This document shows, one piece after another, positions 1 through 11,966 of a stretch of 64,000 nucleotides of DNA. Within the stretch, counting starts at the first letter, position 1. Every line of letters starts with the position of its first letter. Origin of the DNA: Vitrella brassicaformis CCMP3155. Lineage: Eukaryota; Protista; Chromerida. The notes under the pieces were generated by a model. The model was not told where the DNA came from and ran no database searches. It worked only from the letters and a program-made list of their open reading frames with translations. The DNA lies in assembly GCA_001179505.1 (NCBI GenBank), contig CDMY01000390.1, forward strand, positions 25,342-89,341. Reading direction: 5' to 3'. A program made the position numbers and the translations under genes.

Positions 1-560
1 GGCCAACGGTGTAGGTATGGGCGCCATGCTGGGGACCGCATGTACAAGATGCCATCCCTGAGTGGCTTGGGTGTGGTGGACGTCACCATGCAGGGGGCTC
101 CCCGCTGGCTCACTCAGAACAAGAAGGGCATCAAGTCGCTACACATCATCTGTGACAAGGTGAGCGACAAGAAGGGCAATCAACGTGCGGCTCGACAAAC
201 GATCTTCATTCTTCTCTCCTTGCAGGATGACCCATTCGGCCGAGGTCCTGCGAATCTCTACCAAGTGAGCAGCGCCCTCTAGTTATCAGCAGGTGAGAGA
301 AGACACACAGCCCCTCTCCCGCCATAGTGCCTGCACTTCAAGCCCTGTGTGAGCACGTCTCAGCCAAGAGCATCACGTCGCTGACTGGCCGCATCGGAGG
401 GTGAGGGCGACGAAGAGGGCAGACGGAACGATAGTGCTGCGACCCAGCCAGGCCATCAAGAGAGCCAAGAGAAACGAGGAGCAGACGAACGAACGAAATG
501 CGCTACCTACTTCTGCCTCTTCGGTCTTGATGGGCTTTTTACGAGGCAGGACATATTGTT
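1..560 (+). pseudogene. 3' part of a degenerate paralog of the F-box-like family (copy A)
   Basis: MYKMPSLSGLG..KGIKSLHIICDK (40-159) resembles RKYDLPVLKELS..SGLSSLHF of copy B. AIVPALQALCEHVSAKSITSLTG (from 321) resembles AIDTALIVCLLVVTAKTLTSLSG of copy C. IVLRPSQAIKRAKR (~430-475) resembles VVLRPSQAKQKVKK at the end of copy C. These segments lie in different frames with stops at 280 and 294. Confidence 0.55.
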
Positions 561-868
561 GTACACTAACAGGTCCGACTGTTTTATCCGAATCGGTCCT
601 CACAGCGTTTTCTCTGCACCTTTGCGCCAATGCTGCATTTGTCTGTATTGGTCGCGCTGCTCGTACACGTCGCTTTGCTGCGTGTGTGTGGTTTTGCTGG
701 GTGGCATCCGTGTGTGTGCATTTGTGCGGTGTTTGTGCATTAATTTGTCCATTCGTGTGCGTGTGGGACGGACGGACGGACGGACGGATGGACCGACAGA
801 CAGACAAACCATTCAGCTGATCAAAACTGTCCTTCATCAGACACGCCGCGGGTGTGGGTGTCGGTCTG

Positions 869-3800
869 TCAATATAGCAATTGCGCTCCGGTGAGGATGG
901 TCTTGCCCTCCCCGCCCGACACAGTGAGCCTCTTCTGGCTTGCCTCTCTGAGCAGAGTGATCAGCCCCTTGGGGCGTGGCTTGTAGGGCGACAGAACCAC
1001 ACACTTGAGGCGAGGGAAACTCTCAAAGACCGACACAACACACTCGGCAAACGACTGGAACAGACCCTTCTCTGCCGCATCAGTGAGAGAGGGGCCAGTG
1101 CGGCCGCAATAGCCATCCCAACGCAGTAACAGATGCATCTCGAGGCGAGACACACGACTTGCCATGACCTGCCTGCCTGCCTCCCTGTCCCCACCGTACA
1201 CACGCCAACCGACAGCCAAATTCTGACTCTGGGGGGGATCATAGCTGAGCGTGGTGTAGTTGAAGCTAGGGGATGGAAAATCGATCTCACTCTTGACGCA
1301 CACAGTGACATCTCGCCTGCCTTGAGCACAGAGATGGGCCACACCGGCAGGCACGAGACACAGCGTAGCATTGGGATTGGCGGGAGTAAACAGCCCAAAC
1401 GTGATATGGTCGATGGATTGAAGTCCACTCAGCACCTGCCCCGCCCCTCCCTCAAAGAACTCTGCCCCTCCCCTCTGCTTGACCCACACAGACTTAACAT
1501 TGGGGAACATCGCGCGAGGATCAGACGTTACGTACGAAGGCAGCACACCATCCCCATCATAGGCTGGCCCATCCCAGTCGATCGTGAGCTCATTCACACG
1601 TGGGAAAACGAGTGGACCGAGGTCGGGCACACCAGCACTCGCACGTGCTTTGAGTGTGACCCTGTCGGCCTGGGCGCAGCACATGTGGAGTGTGGGCAGC
1701 GCTGGGGCGACGGGTGGGGCCGCGCTGGTGAGCGGAAGGCGGAGTGCGAGGCCCTCTCTGCGCCGATACCCGTCGTAGGTGTGGTAGCTCTCAGTGGCGC
1801 CGTGTGAGAGGCAGGTGGTACGGAAACGATGCAGCGCCTAATATATGGGACAAAGACAGAAGACTCAGGACACCAATGGACCACCAAGCATGAATGGGTG
1901 CTCAGTCTGCCACTCACGCGGATGAGTTTGGTGTCTTTGATCGTATTGAGTCCCATCTCAACGTGACGAAGCGGCCCTCCGCCATTGTCCGTGCCGATGA
2001 CGTCGATGAGTTGTGCCGGATCGCCGCTGCCGCCTGCGAAACCCCAGTCGGGGTACGAGAAGTCCACCTGCCCAGTCAGGCTCCCCTGAGAGAGAAAAGA
2101 ATGCATGGCAGAAGAAGTGTCTGTCTGTCTGTCTGTCAGTCTCTGTGGTGCTCTCGTGGTCGATTGTCATCTCACCGGATGCTGTGTATCTTATCGCACT
2201 CGCTACTTCACCGACATGCCGGTAGTTTGCGTAGACGCCGCCTTCGTGCACGACAGCCATTTCGTCACGCTGCATGGCACACAAGGCACCAAGTAGAGTC
2301 TTTACGGCCTTTGCTGCCCACTTTCCTGCTTGCCTCCCGTCGTACTGTGTCAGGGATGAAGTGCAGGGACGATAGGCCCGACGACGCGTTGCGAACCAAC
2401 GCCCTGGCGAACCCACTGACACCGACAATGCTCAGCTCCTTAAGTACGGGCAGGTCGTACTTGCGCCTGTGTGCGATGCTCTCCCACACCGAGCCGACCG
2501 TCGCCTTGCGCAGCTTGGGGAACGCAGTGGGGCTCTCGTTGCTCAGCACCTCTGCGATGTTCTGCCCTCTCCGCTGCCGTGTGCCTTGGAGCTCGACGGT
2601 CTCGATGGTGGCCGCGAGCTGCTCAAGCAAAGTGACGAGCCGAGGGGTGGGGCGGTGATGCACATGCAGGGAGCGACACTGAGACACACGACCTGCAAAT
2701 ACGAAACAGGCATTTGAGAATGGACATGAGCGAGAGAGGGAGAGGGAAAGAGAAAGAGAGAGGGAGAGGGAGAAGGGAGAGAGAAAGAGAGAGATCTCAC
2801 CGGGCAGTTTGGCTGCGGTGCGTTTGGTGGGGTTTGCGTAGATGTCGACGATGGGGTGTACAGCGGGCTGGCGGCTGAGGTGGCTGAAATGTGTGTTGAT
2901 GGTGGAGAGGGATGTCATGAAGGTGTGGTAGCCGAGGTACGCGCCCAAGCCAAAGCCCTCCTCGGTCGTCATCCACAGCGCCTCAGGCAACTCCTCCAAA
3001 CCAGACCTCACCTGACACGTCCACAGAACGCACAGAGAAATGATGAACCCACCCACCCTCGACGGAGCTCTTTGTGTGTATGCGCGTGTGTGTCGTGCCC
3101 ACCTCATGTTGGTTGAGTTTGTCCATGGTCTTTAGGATGACGTCGAGCTTCTTGACACATGCTTCCACCTGCTGCTTGGCCGTCTTGTCCACGGTGGAGA
3201 TCTGGATGTCCGCCTCGCACCTCACCATGGCCGTAAGCACACGGTAGTGGCGGTCAACCTCCTGAAAGCAGAAGGAGAGGCGGGATGTCTATGGAACAAA
3301 GGTAGCTGTGTTGTGTGTGGCGGCTAACCTGCATGTGTTTCTGTTTGGCGAATGTGTTGGGGGCGGGGAGGGCAGCCTTCGCATCCAACATCTGCTGCGC
3401 CTGTGGAACAAACACAACACGCGGGAAAGATCACACAGTGGTATATGTACAGTCCTCGCCCTGTCGCCTCCACCCTCTGGTCCCTCATTTACTCACCTTA
3501 GCCTTTGCTTCGTTGACCATGTTGATCTGTGCCTGGAGTTGCTCTGCCACCTCGGCAAGAGCCGCCAACGCTTGCCCATGACCCACCTCACCAACATCCT
3601 GGCAAAATGCATAAGACACGGCAAATACAGCAAATACCGTCCATTGTTTAGCCCATCGACTCGTTGTCTTTGGATCTGTGTCGATGTCGTCCCGTGCGCA
3701 CCTCCATCTCGACGTCGTCAGGCGTCAGTGGCTTTGTCCTGGCCTTCTTGACGTCCTTCCTCCCCTTGTTCTTCTTGTTCTTCGCCGCACGTCGGGCATG

Positions 3801-3983
3801 AGCATAGCCCTCCCACTCGGAGTTGTCGTCTGAATCCACGCTGCTCTCGGAGAACAAGGAGCGCCGCTTGCGATCACGACCACCACCACCACCACCAACA
3901 CCACCAGCAGCGGCAGCGGCGGCGGATGAGGCGGCCATGGCGGCCTTGCGAACGGGACGAGCCGGTCGGTCCTTGACGTCCAT
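869..3983 (-). CDS. Lineage-specific multi-exon protein with N-terminal basic/low-complexity region, coiled segment, F-box-like motif and LRR-like C-terminal region (copy B)
   Basis: Exons traced with GT-AG junctions: MDVKDRPARP..DDVEME | DVGEVG..NEAKAK | AQQMLD..KHMQ | EVDRHYRVLTAMV.. | LEELPEALWM..LGYHTFMTSLSTINTHF (F-box-like) | GRVSQC..LEQLAATIETVELQG.. | ..WRVYGGDREAGRQVM..TGAQLLY*. Collinear with copy C. The junction near 2340 needs a very short intron or a frameshift. Confidence 0.7.
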
Positions 3984-4112
3984 CGTGACAAAGGGGGAAA
4001 GAGAGGAAAGAAATTGGGTCGTTCCATTTACCTTTTGTTGGCCAGGATGTCGCGAGCTATTGTCCTATTTCTCGCGTTCTTCTCGCTCGTTCTTCTCGCT
4101 CCTTCGGCAGCG

Positions 4113-7100
4113 ATGGCGTCAGAAGGTGTTGAGCATCGCATGACCGCCCGTCAGGTGGCCATTGCCGCTGCGGAGGCTGCGGCGGGTGCGGGTCAGAAGC
4201 GCAAGCCGTCGATGGATGTGGGCGTGAGCAGCGACGGTGATGAGGAGGAGGATGGGTCAGAGTGGGAGGAGAGGGGCCGCCGCACCACCAAGGCCGCCAA
4301 GAAGAAGCAGCGGGTGGATAAGAAGGACAAGGCGGACAAGGCGGCTGCCGGCAAGGCCAAGCCCAAGAAGAAGGGCGGCAGATCTAAGGCCCAAGCGGCA
4401 GAGGAGGACCATCAGATGGAGGTACGCTCGCATCATGCGATGGGAGGGCACACCAGGGACCGGCATGGCTTGGGCATTGCTCATCCATGGCTCGCTGCTG
4501 TCTGTGTTTCGTTTGTCTGCCCGTCAGGATGTGGTTGAGTTGTTTCCTGCCGACCCACTGGAGGCTCTCAAGGCCGGGCGCAGAAGCTACAGACGCAGAT
4601 CCAGCGCGTCGAACACGCCAAAGCAAAGGTGAGCGAGAAGGAGAGGGGCTGAGAGAGGATCACCGGAGAGGAATGTGTGTGGTGTTGTGTGTGTCGTCCT
4701 GCCTGCGTTCAGGCTAAGGAGTTGTATGAGTTGAAGATGGGCCTCGCCGCGCCCGAATCGCACACGCAGCAGAATCGCATGCAGGTGAGAATGACGACAC
4801 GACGCACACGCTTGACACGACACATCCCCCCTGCTCACTCCTGCGCCTTGTTGTGTGTATGTGTGTGTGGCTGGCTGATGATGCAGGACGTTGACCGCCA
4901 CTACCGCGTGTTGACGGCGATGGTGACGGCTGATGCTGAGGCCCACGCCACCCACACTGACACGGCCGTCAAGCGGCAGCTGGACCGGTGCGTCGCCAAA
5001 CTCCAAATCATACAAGACAAAATCGACAAACTACACGACGAGGAGGTCAACGCACCGCACATGGGACAGGCACAAGGCGGGGCCACATACATGTGTGGCT
5101 TTGTCTGTGCAGGTGGTTGAGCCCTGCCTCGAGGGGCTGCCTGAGGCCCTCTGGCTGAGCAGCGACGAGAAATTCGGTACGGGAAGAGATTGGACGACGA
5201 GTCCAGGGGACGGGGAGGATGCATGTGTTGTGTGTGTTGCTGTGTGTCAGGACTTGATGCCTTCATTGGTTTCGTGCCATGTCTGACGTCGCTGTCGGCT
5301 GTGAGCAGCCACTTCCACACCCTCACCCAGGACAGCAACATGCACCCCATCATCCAACTCGACACCTCACCACCCAATGACATCGCCAAGGAACTGCCTG
5401 GTACGCAAAGGGAGGCCTCATGCGTCATGTGCCCGTCTCCACCTATGTAGCGGTGCTGCGTCGTGATTCAGGTCGTTTCTCAAAGTGCAAGGACATCCGC
5501 ATCAATCACGCCCCCACACCCGCCCTCATCCGCCTGCTCGAAAACCTCAAGGACAGCATCACGAGTATCGACCTGAAGGGCCACGGGGGCATCGCATTGG
5601 GGGAGAAGGACCAGCCCAGCCACAGCCCCCAGCAGCACACCATCTTCCCGCAGCTCCACAAGGCAGCCGTCCAGGGGAAGTGGGGCGGCGTCGCACCAGA
5701 TCGCAAGTACACACTCCCGGCCCTCAAGCACCTGAGTGGCGACACATTCAGTCGCCATGGGGGGTACTCTGCGCATTACGGGATCAGCCCTCGTACACAC
5801 GGAAATAAATGGATGCAGCACACGATTCTCCGGGCCGCGACACGTGTGTTGGTGGGTGTTTATGCAGGTGGTGTCGTGGATTGACATCGCATCTGATGGC
5901 CTGACATCCATCCACTCTACCTACGTTCAAGTAAGGCGCACGGACAGGCAGCACGTCGTCGCACACTCAAGACTTTCATGCTGTGTGTCCGGTGTGTCCT
6001 GCTGTGGTGCGTCAGTCGCTCACAGACGTTTCCGCTTCCATCAAGGACACCCCAACTGATGAGAGGGTTGCGGCAGGGAATATTGTAGCCATCGACACAG
6101 CACTCATTGTGTGCCTCCTTGTGGTGACAGCCAAGACTCTCACGTCCCTCTCCGGCTTCGAATTCTCGGGCAACGACTACGACCACAACCCCCAATTGTA
6201 CCACCCCTGGTACCAATACGGCCTCGGCGGCGACAAGGCGCCCGAGGATGAGCTCAGTGACCTCATCTCAGCCCCCCAGGGAGCCAAGCTGCAGAAGATT
6301 GAGATGCGCCTCCCCGACATGCCGACACCCAAAACTATCCAGGTGAGCATGAGAAGACGCCGACTCACCAGCTGTCGATTTCTGCGCTGGTTGTCATCAG
6401 AGGATTCATCGGTTCCTAGCTGCCTGCCTCGCACCTGACGCGGTCGAGACGTACCACACGGGCACCTACTTCCACCTCCGGCTGCCCTTCAAAGGCGACT
6501 TCGCCCCCCTCGCCACCTGCTGCACCAAAGCCAACAGCGTGATTCTCGAATCCCACGCAAAGGACGGCACAGGGACGGCGGCGCTCAGCCCCCTGGTGTG
6601 CGAACGGGCCCGAGAGCTGACTATCCAATGCAGCTACCGCGACCAGCAGCCCGCGCAGCCGGCGTATCCACACCTCGCCCACCATGCTCGAGCGCCGCCC
6701 CGTGTCACGCAGCCCATCCCGTCCTACATCACGTCTAATGCCCACTGCCTCTTCCCCAGTGTGGTGTCGCTGAGTGTGCATGAGGGGCATGCGGGTATGC
6801 GCGTGTATGAGGGAGGGGCGGGCGTCTTCATGGGGTCGCTGCCATCGCTCGAGGAGGTGTCGTTTGATGTGCATGTCAAACCTGACCCGGGTGCTGAGCT
6901 GTGTCTCGTGCCTGAGGGTATGGGTTTTCTGTCGAGTCAAGGCAAGGATCTGACAGTCAAGTTGTCGATTGACGCTGAGGTTGACCGCTACCGCTACCTG
7001 TATGGTGGCCAGTCCGACGCAGCGCCAGCCGATGACTTGACTGTGCAGTGGCGTGTGTACGGTGGGGAGGGTGAGGCTGACAGACAGGTCATGCAGCGTG

Positions 7101-7455
7101 TGTCTCGTCTGGAGATCGATCTGCGTGTGTCTCTGCGCCACGGCCGCGAGCGCGGGCTGTCCTTTGCTGCTGCAAGGGACATGTGCGAGTCGTTCGCCGA
7201 CTGCGTCGCTGAGGCCTTCGGCAGCTGCCCCTCTCTCTTGTCTGTCATGCCGTGCTGCCTTACCTCTACAGCTCTCGGTTCTCGCTCGTCGATTGTGTGA
7301 GGGAGGGGGCTAAGAGGCGATTCAGAGTGGCCAAAGGGCAGGCAGTGGGGGGATGTCAGAATGTTGTGTTGCGACCGAGCCAGGCCAAGCAGAAAGTCAA
7401 GAAACAGACACACACCAACGAGGCAGACACAGTCATGAAGACAGAGGAGGAGTGA
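4113..7455 (+). pseudogene. Head-to-head paralog of copy B (copy C), apparently frameshifted
   Basis: Exon-by-exon homology to copy B (VDRHYRVLTAMV, LEGLPEALWL, PSYITSNAHCLFP, YEGGAG, LCLVPEG, WRVYGGEGEADRQVM). A 1-nt deletion near 4576 and a second frame change near 7250 are seen by comparison with copy B. These could be sequencing indels. Confidence 0.65.
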
Positions 7456-8358
7456 GGGGAGAAAGGCAGACCGACCGACGGCCGGTGTCTCGTATGTATC
7501 TTCATCTTCTTCTTTCGCATGAATGAATGCACGGGCTTTGTACAGCCGCACCCATTCCGATCCGCGCGTGTACATGTGTGGGAGAAAGAAAGACAGAGAC
7601 GGCCCGGCACAGACAGACGGGCGTTGCGTGTCGGGGGGCGTGTCGGGGGGCGTGCGCGCCTCTGTTCGTTCATATTCGTCCGGCCGACATTCATGACATG
7701 CCAACTTTGAGACTCAGCCCGCACAGCAACTGTCCGCTGAATCAATCGCACATGCATACACAGTGACGGATGGACGCTTGGCTCGCTTCATCAGACAGAT
7801 AATGACATACATACAAGTGTTCGTCTCGCGATTCGGGTCAGCTGATGGGCGGTTGCTGATTGAATGGGTGCGGGTGAGCTGGGCTCATTTGTGCAGGCAC
7901 TCCCGCGGCGCCCAGCAAGGCAAAATTGAATGCGTGGATGCTGACACACCAATTTGGCCTTGCTGTACTATGCATGAGTGGCAACCCCCGCCATCTCAAC
8001 ACACCGAATCACCACCCATTCATTTGTCTCTTGACATACGCAATCATTTCCACGCGGCCGTCCATGCTGTGTGTGAGCTCCTCTTTGCAGGGTGCGGCCT
8101 CACTACCAAGGAGGTCCTAGCAATGTGACGCATTGCCAGGATCCTCGTCAAGTGGTGATGCAGCATCCCGCCAGGAAGAGCCCACACACGCATCACACCG
8201 CAGGCAGACAGGCAGCATCACACAGTAAATGACAACACATACATTCCCTCGTGTGTGCGTCTAGGTGACGCAGAAAGATGAACATGCGATAGATAGATAC
8301 ACCAGCAACCGAAAAGCCCAAGACGTGCACAGAAGAGCCCCGCCATACATTCATTCAG

Positions 8359-9490
8359 TCAAACGCCCCCCGCCTGCCCGCCTCCATCCACCATGGCCGC
8401 CCCTGGCGGCGGCTGATGCGCTACAGACGCCACAGATGCGTGCATCCTCGGCGAACCATAAGCTCCCGGCACCATCTGCTGCTGCTGAGGGTCCACCATC
8501 GTCGGCCCTGGCCCGGGCGGCGGAGGACCTGGAACAATCGGCGGACCAGTGACGATCGGAGGGCCGGCGACCGCAGCTGTCGGTGGCGAGGAGGGGTACA
8601 TGACATGGTAGGGCGCGGCACCACCACCACCAGCAGCAGCGGCAGCCATGAGTGGTGGCTGCGGGTGGCCGCGCGCCGCGGGCATGGGAGGGCTGAATGT
8701 GCCGTGTTGGTCTTCGAGGAGCCCCCGTGCGTCGTGCTCGTATGCGGCGGAGGCTAGGGAGGGGGGCATCTGCATGTGGTGTGGCATGCAACACACGTAT
8801 GGAGATGGAGATGTGTCGTGTTTGCCTTACAGGCGCGATGAAGAAGGCCAGCATGAGGAACTGCACAAGACAAGACCACAGCACACATACAGAGAGGAGA
8901 AAGAGATGTCACGTACTTGTATCAACGCAGTGGCCGTCGAGTCTCTCTCTCTCTCTGTGCGTGTGTGTGGTTTACCTTGGCGATGACTTCTATGACTGCG
9001 ATGAAGATGACCAGCTTGTGGTAGCCCATCGTCCTGCTCTCTATCGCCAGCCAGTCGTGCGAAAACCACTTCGGACCTGCACCATAACGACAGCAACACA
9101 CCGTGGCCATGTCTGTCTGTCTGTGAGTCCCCGTCTCTCTCTCTCTGTCCCTCACCCCAGTAGAAGATGTACACGATGTCTTGCAGAATGCTCAGGGCGA
9201 TGATCACCGACAGCGACAGATTCTCACGCTGACCAACCACCACACACACAGGCAGGACACCACCACACATAGAACCCACAGATCACAGAGATCTCCCTCC
9301 CTCTCCTCTCCTATGTCGTGTTGCCCACCTGTTTTCTGCCCTTGGGTATCTCATCGTAGAAGGCTATCAGCATCCCAAACAGCACCACATTGTAGTCGGG
9401 CCGCGCGAAGCACCCGAGGGCTCCCAGCAGTGCCAGGATGTAAAACGCGCCTTTGAACGTCCCGCGTCGGAAATCCAACCCACCCTCCAT
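8359..9490 (-). CDS. Small four-TM membrane protein (AGTRAP-like) with Pro/Ala-rich cytosolic tail
   Basis: Five exons: MEGGLDF..FYILALLGALGCFARPDYNVVLFGMLIAFY | ..LSVIIALSILQDIVYIFYWG | ..YHKLVIFIAVIEVIAK | LWSCLVQFLMLAFFIAP | Pro-rich tail. Four hydrophobic segments. The family name is recalled resemblance only. Confidence 0.6.
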
Positions 9491-9689
9491 CACGGCAAGC
9501 CGCTTGACACCACGAAGAGGCCAGATTTCGCCGATCCACTCACAGGTCAAGCTCGCATTTGCAAGCTGAGCTCGCAAACGTTCCTGAAACAGGCGCTGTG
9601 CGGCCTCCCCTGTCGCCCATATGACCTCCCCAGTGGCAGATCTGTCAGATCTGTGAGTTTGACTCATCCTTTGGCCCGTCCAAGGCAAG

Positions 9690-11932
9690 ATGATAGACGC
9701 CACGGGTGCCGTGAGCACCGAGGTGCGTCGGCTGACGTTCGCCATGCAGACCAAGGAGGAGATTCGTGCACAGAGCGTCACGCGCATCGACAGGGTGGGC
9801 GTGTGGACACCGCTGGGGCTCGCGGACGCCAGGGGCGTGCACTCGCCGCTCCTTGGCCCCCTCGACAAGACCATGCCCTGCCCCACCTGCGGACTCACTA
9901 ACGAGTGCCCCGGTGAGAGCCGGTGGGGGATGGACAAGTTGAGATCCCGGATGAATCTGTCTGTGTGTGTGTGTGTGTGTGTGTGGTTGTGTAGGTCACA
10001 ATGGTCACATCGAGCTGAGCACTCCGATGTTTCACCCGTCGATGATGCAGCCCCTGGCCACCATCCTGCGTGCCGTGTGCTTCCGCTGCAACAAGCTCAA
10101 GATGCCCACCGACAAGCAGGAGAGCTTCGTCAAGCGGTTCAAGCTCCTGGGACTGGGCGGACTTGGGGAGATGAGGACATTCACACGAGCGTACGCTGCC
10201 CCGCCCCGCCCACACACACAAAGGCATATGGGACACGTGTGTGTGTGTGGTGGTCAGACGTATGCCGATGAGCGAGAAGTTTGCCGAAGAGCTGCTCAAG
10301 TCCCTTCTGGAGGAGAACCCCGACACAGCGCTCAACGAGACCGAGGCAATCGCTGACGAATTCGACCGCGCGAGAGACCGTGCCAACGTACCCACACACA
10401 CCATCCACTCCACACACATAGGGAGGGAGAGAGATCGACAAGTCCATCCATTCATCCGTTCACCCTCCTGTGCGCGCGTGTGTGCGTGTGGCCTGCAGGC
10501 CTCTGTGAACGATTTCATCGGGAGGGAGTCTCGTCGTCGCGGTGTGGGCGAGTACTTCGGCGAGCGCGAGCAGGACATGTTTCGGGACAGCACTGCCAAG
10601 TTCGAGATCTACATGGCGCTGCGGCGGGGCTTCATCGTCTACGCCAACAAGTGCGCCAACAGGCGGTGCCCCCACTGCACACACAAATGCAAAATGGGCG
10701 TCAGACCCGCTGCCAAATGGGGCGTTGGTGAACAAACAAAGAGAGAGAATGCCTGCGCTGCACTGCACCCGGAAATGTGCCCGGTTGCGTATGTGTGGTG
10801 TGTGTCCTGGTGCTTCCTTCGTCCTTTGTGTGTGTGTCAGGTTTGATGCAGCTGTCGTGGGGCAAGAAGGTGGACAGCCCCTGGTCGCAGGAGCAGGAGG
10901 CCCGCTTCATGTCGGACCAGCGCGAGACCCCCCGGTGGATGGAGCTCTACCTCCCAAGGGCCGTCATCAAGGCACTCGACGACCCCAACGTCGACGTACG
11001 CAGTGCAACACACGACAGACACAACACCGAGCACAGAAATGGCGTAGTATCTTTCCTCTTGTGTGTTTTTGGCTTTACAGGTGAGTGATTTGATGATGCG
11101 TTACAAGGAGGCGATGGAGTACATGGTCAAGGACATCGCCAAGGAGAACAGGCGGTACGGCGGCCAGCAGCTCGCCGCCATGGACCTCTACCCCATCCTG
11201 CAAAAGGTCTGGAACAACGGCGCAGAGGTCCTCGAGTTCGTATTCCCTGTGAGTAAGTAAAGTACTCTCACTTTCACCGCACACACCGCGCCACACACAG
11301 AGAGAGTGTGTGCGTTGCAGCCCGTCGTCTGAAGCACGAGGCGTTCTTTATGGACGTCATGGCTGTGAGCGGCAACAAGTACAGGCCGCTGGTGCGCCTG
11401 AGCAACAAGAGCGGAGGCGGCGGAGATGAGTTCGAACGAGAGGGCCATGGCGGTCAGTCAGCCACCTCACCTGACCTGAGCTACACGCACCATGCACACA
11501 GACAGGGATCTCTCCTTGTCTCTCTGTCTGTCTGTCTGTCTGTCTATAGGTCGTGTGCGTCACATGCTGCATCCCCGCAGTGTGGCGTTGCAGCGCATCT
11601 TGGAGCTGTCCCTCAAGATCGAAGATCACTGGGACTGGGCGTTCGAGCTCATCGAACGACACCTCAGGCACACACACACCACACACACACATACACCTCC
11701 ATATATAAGTGTGTGTGTGTGTGTGTGTGTTGCAGGTATCTGGTGCAGGTGAAGCATTTCGGTCTCGAAGATGGGGACGAGCAGCCCAAAAAGACTGCCA
11801 AGAAAGGCAAGAAGGCCGCTGCCGCTGGCGCTGCTGCTGCTGCTGCCGAGCGGCCAACCGTCGACGTGTCCAAAGACGTACGACCCCACCCACCACCAAC
11901 ACACACAGACACATGAGTCCACCCATCAAATG

Positions 11933-11966
<34 letters not shown>

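Noticed and set aside
7460-8350. ORFs between copy C and the membrane gene (e.g. 7763-8128)
   Set aside because: No motifs, no codon bias, no consistent splice chain; probably UTR or intergenic.
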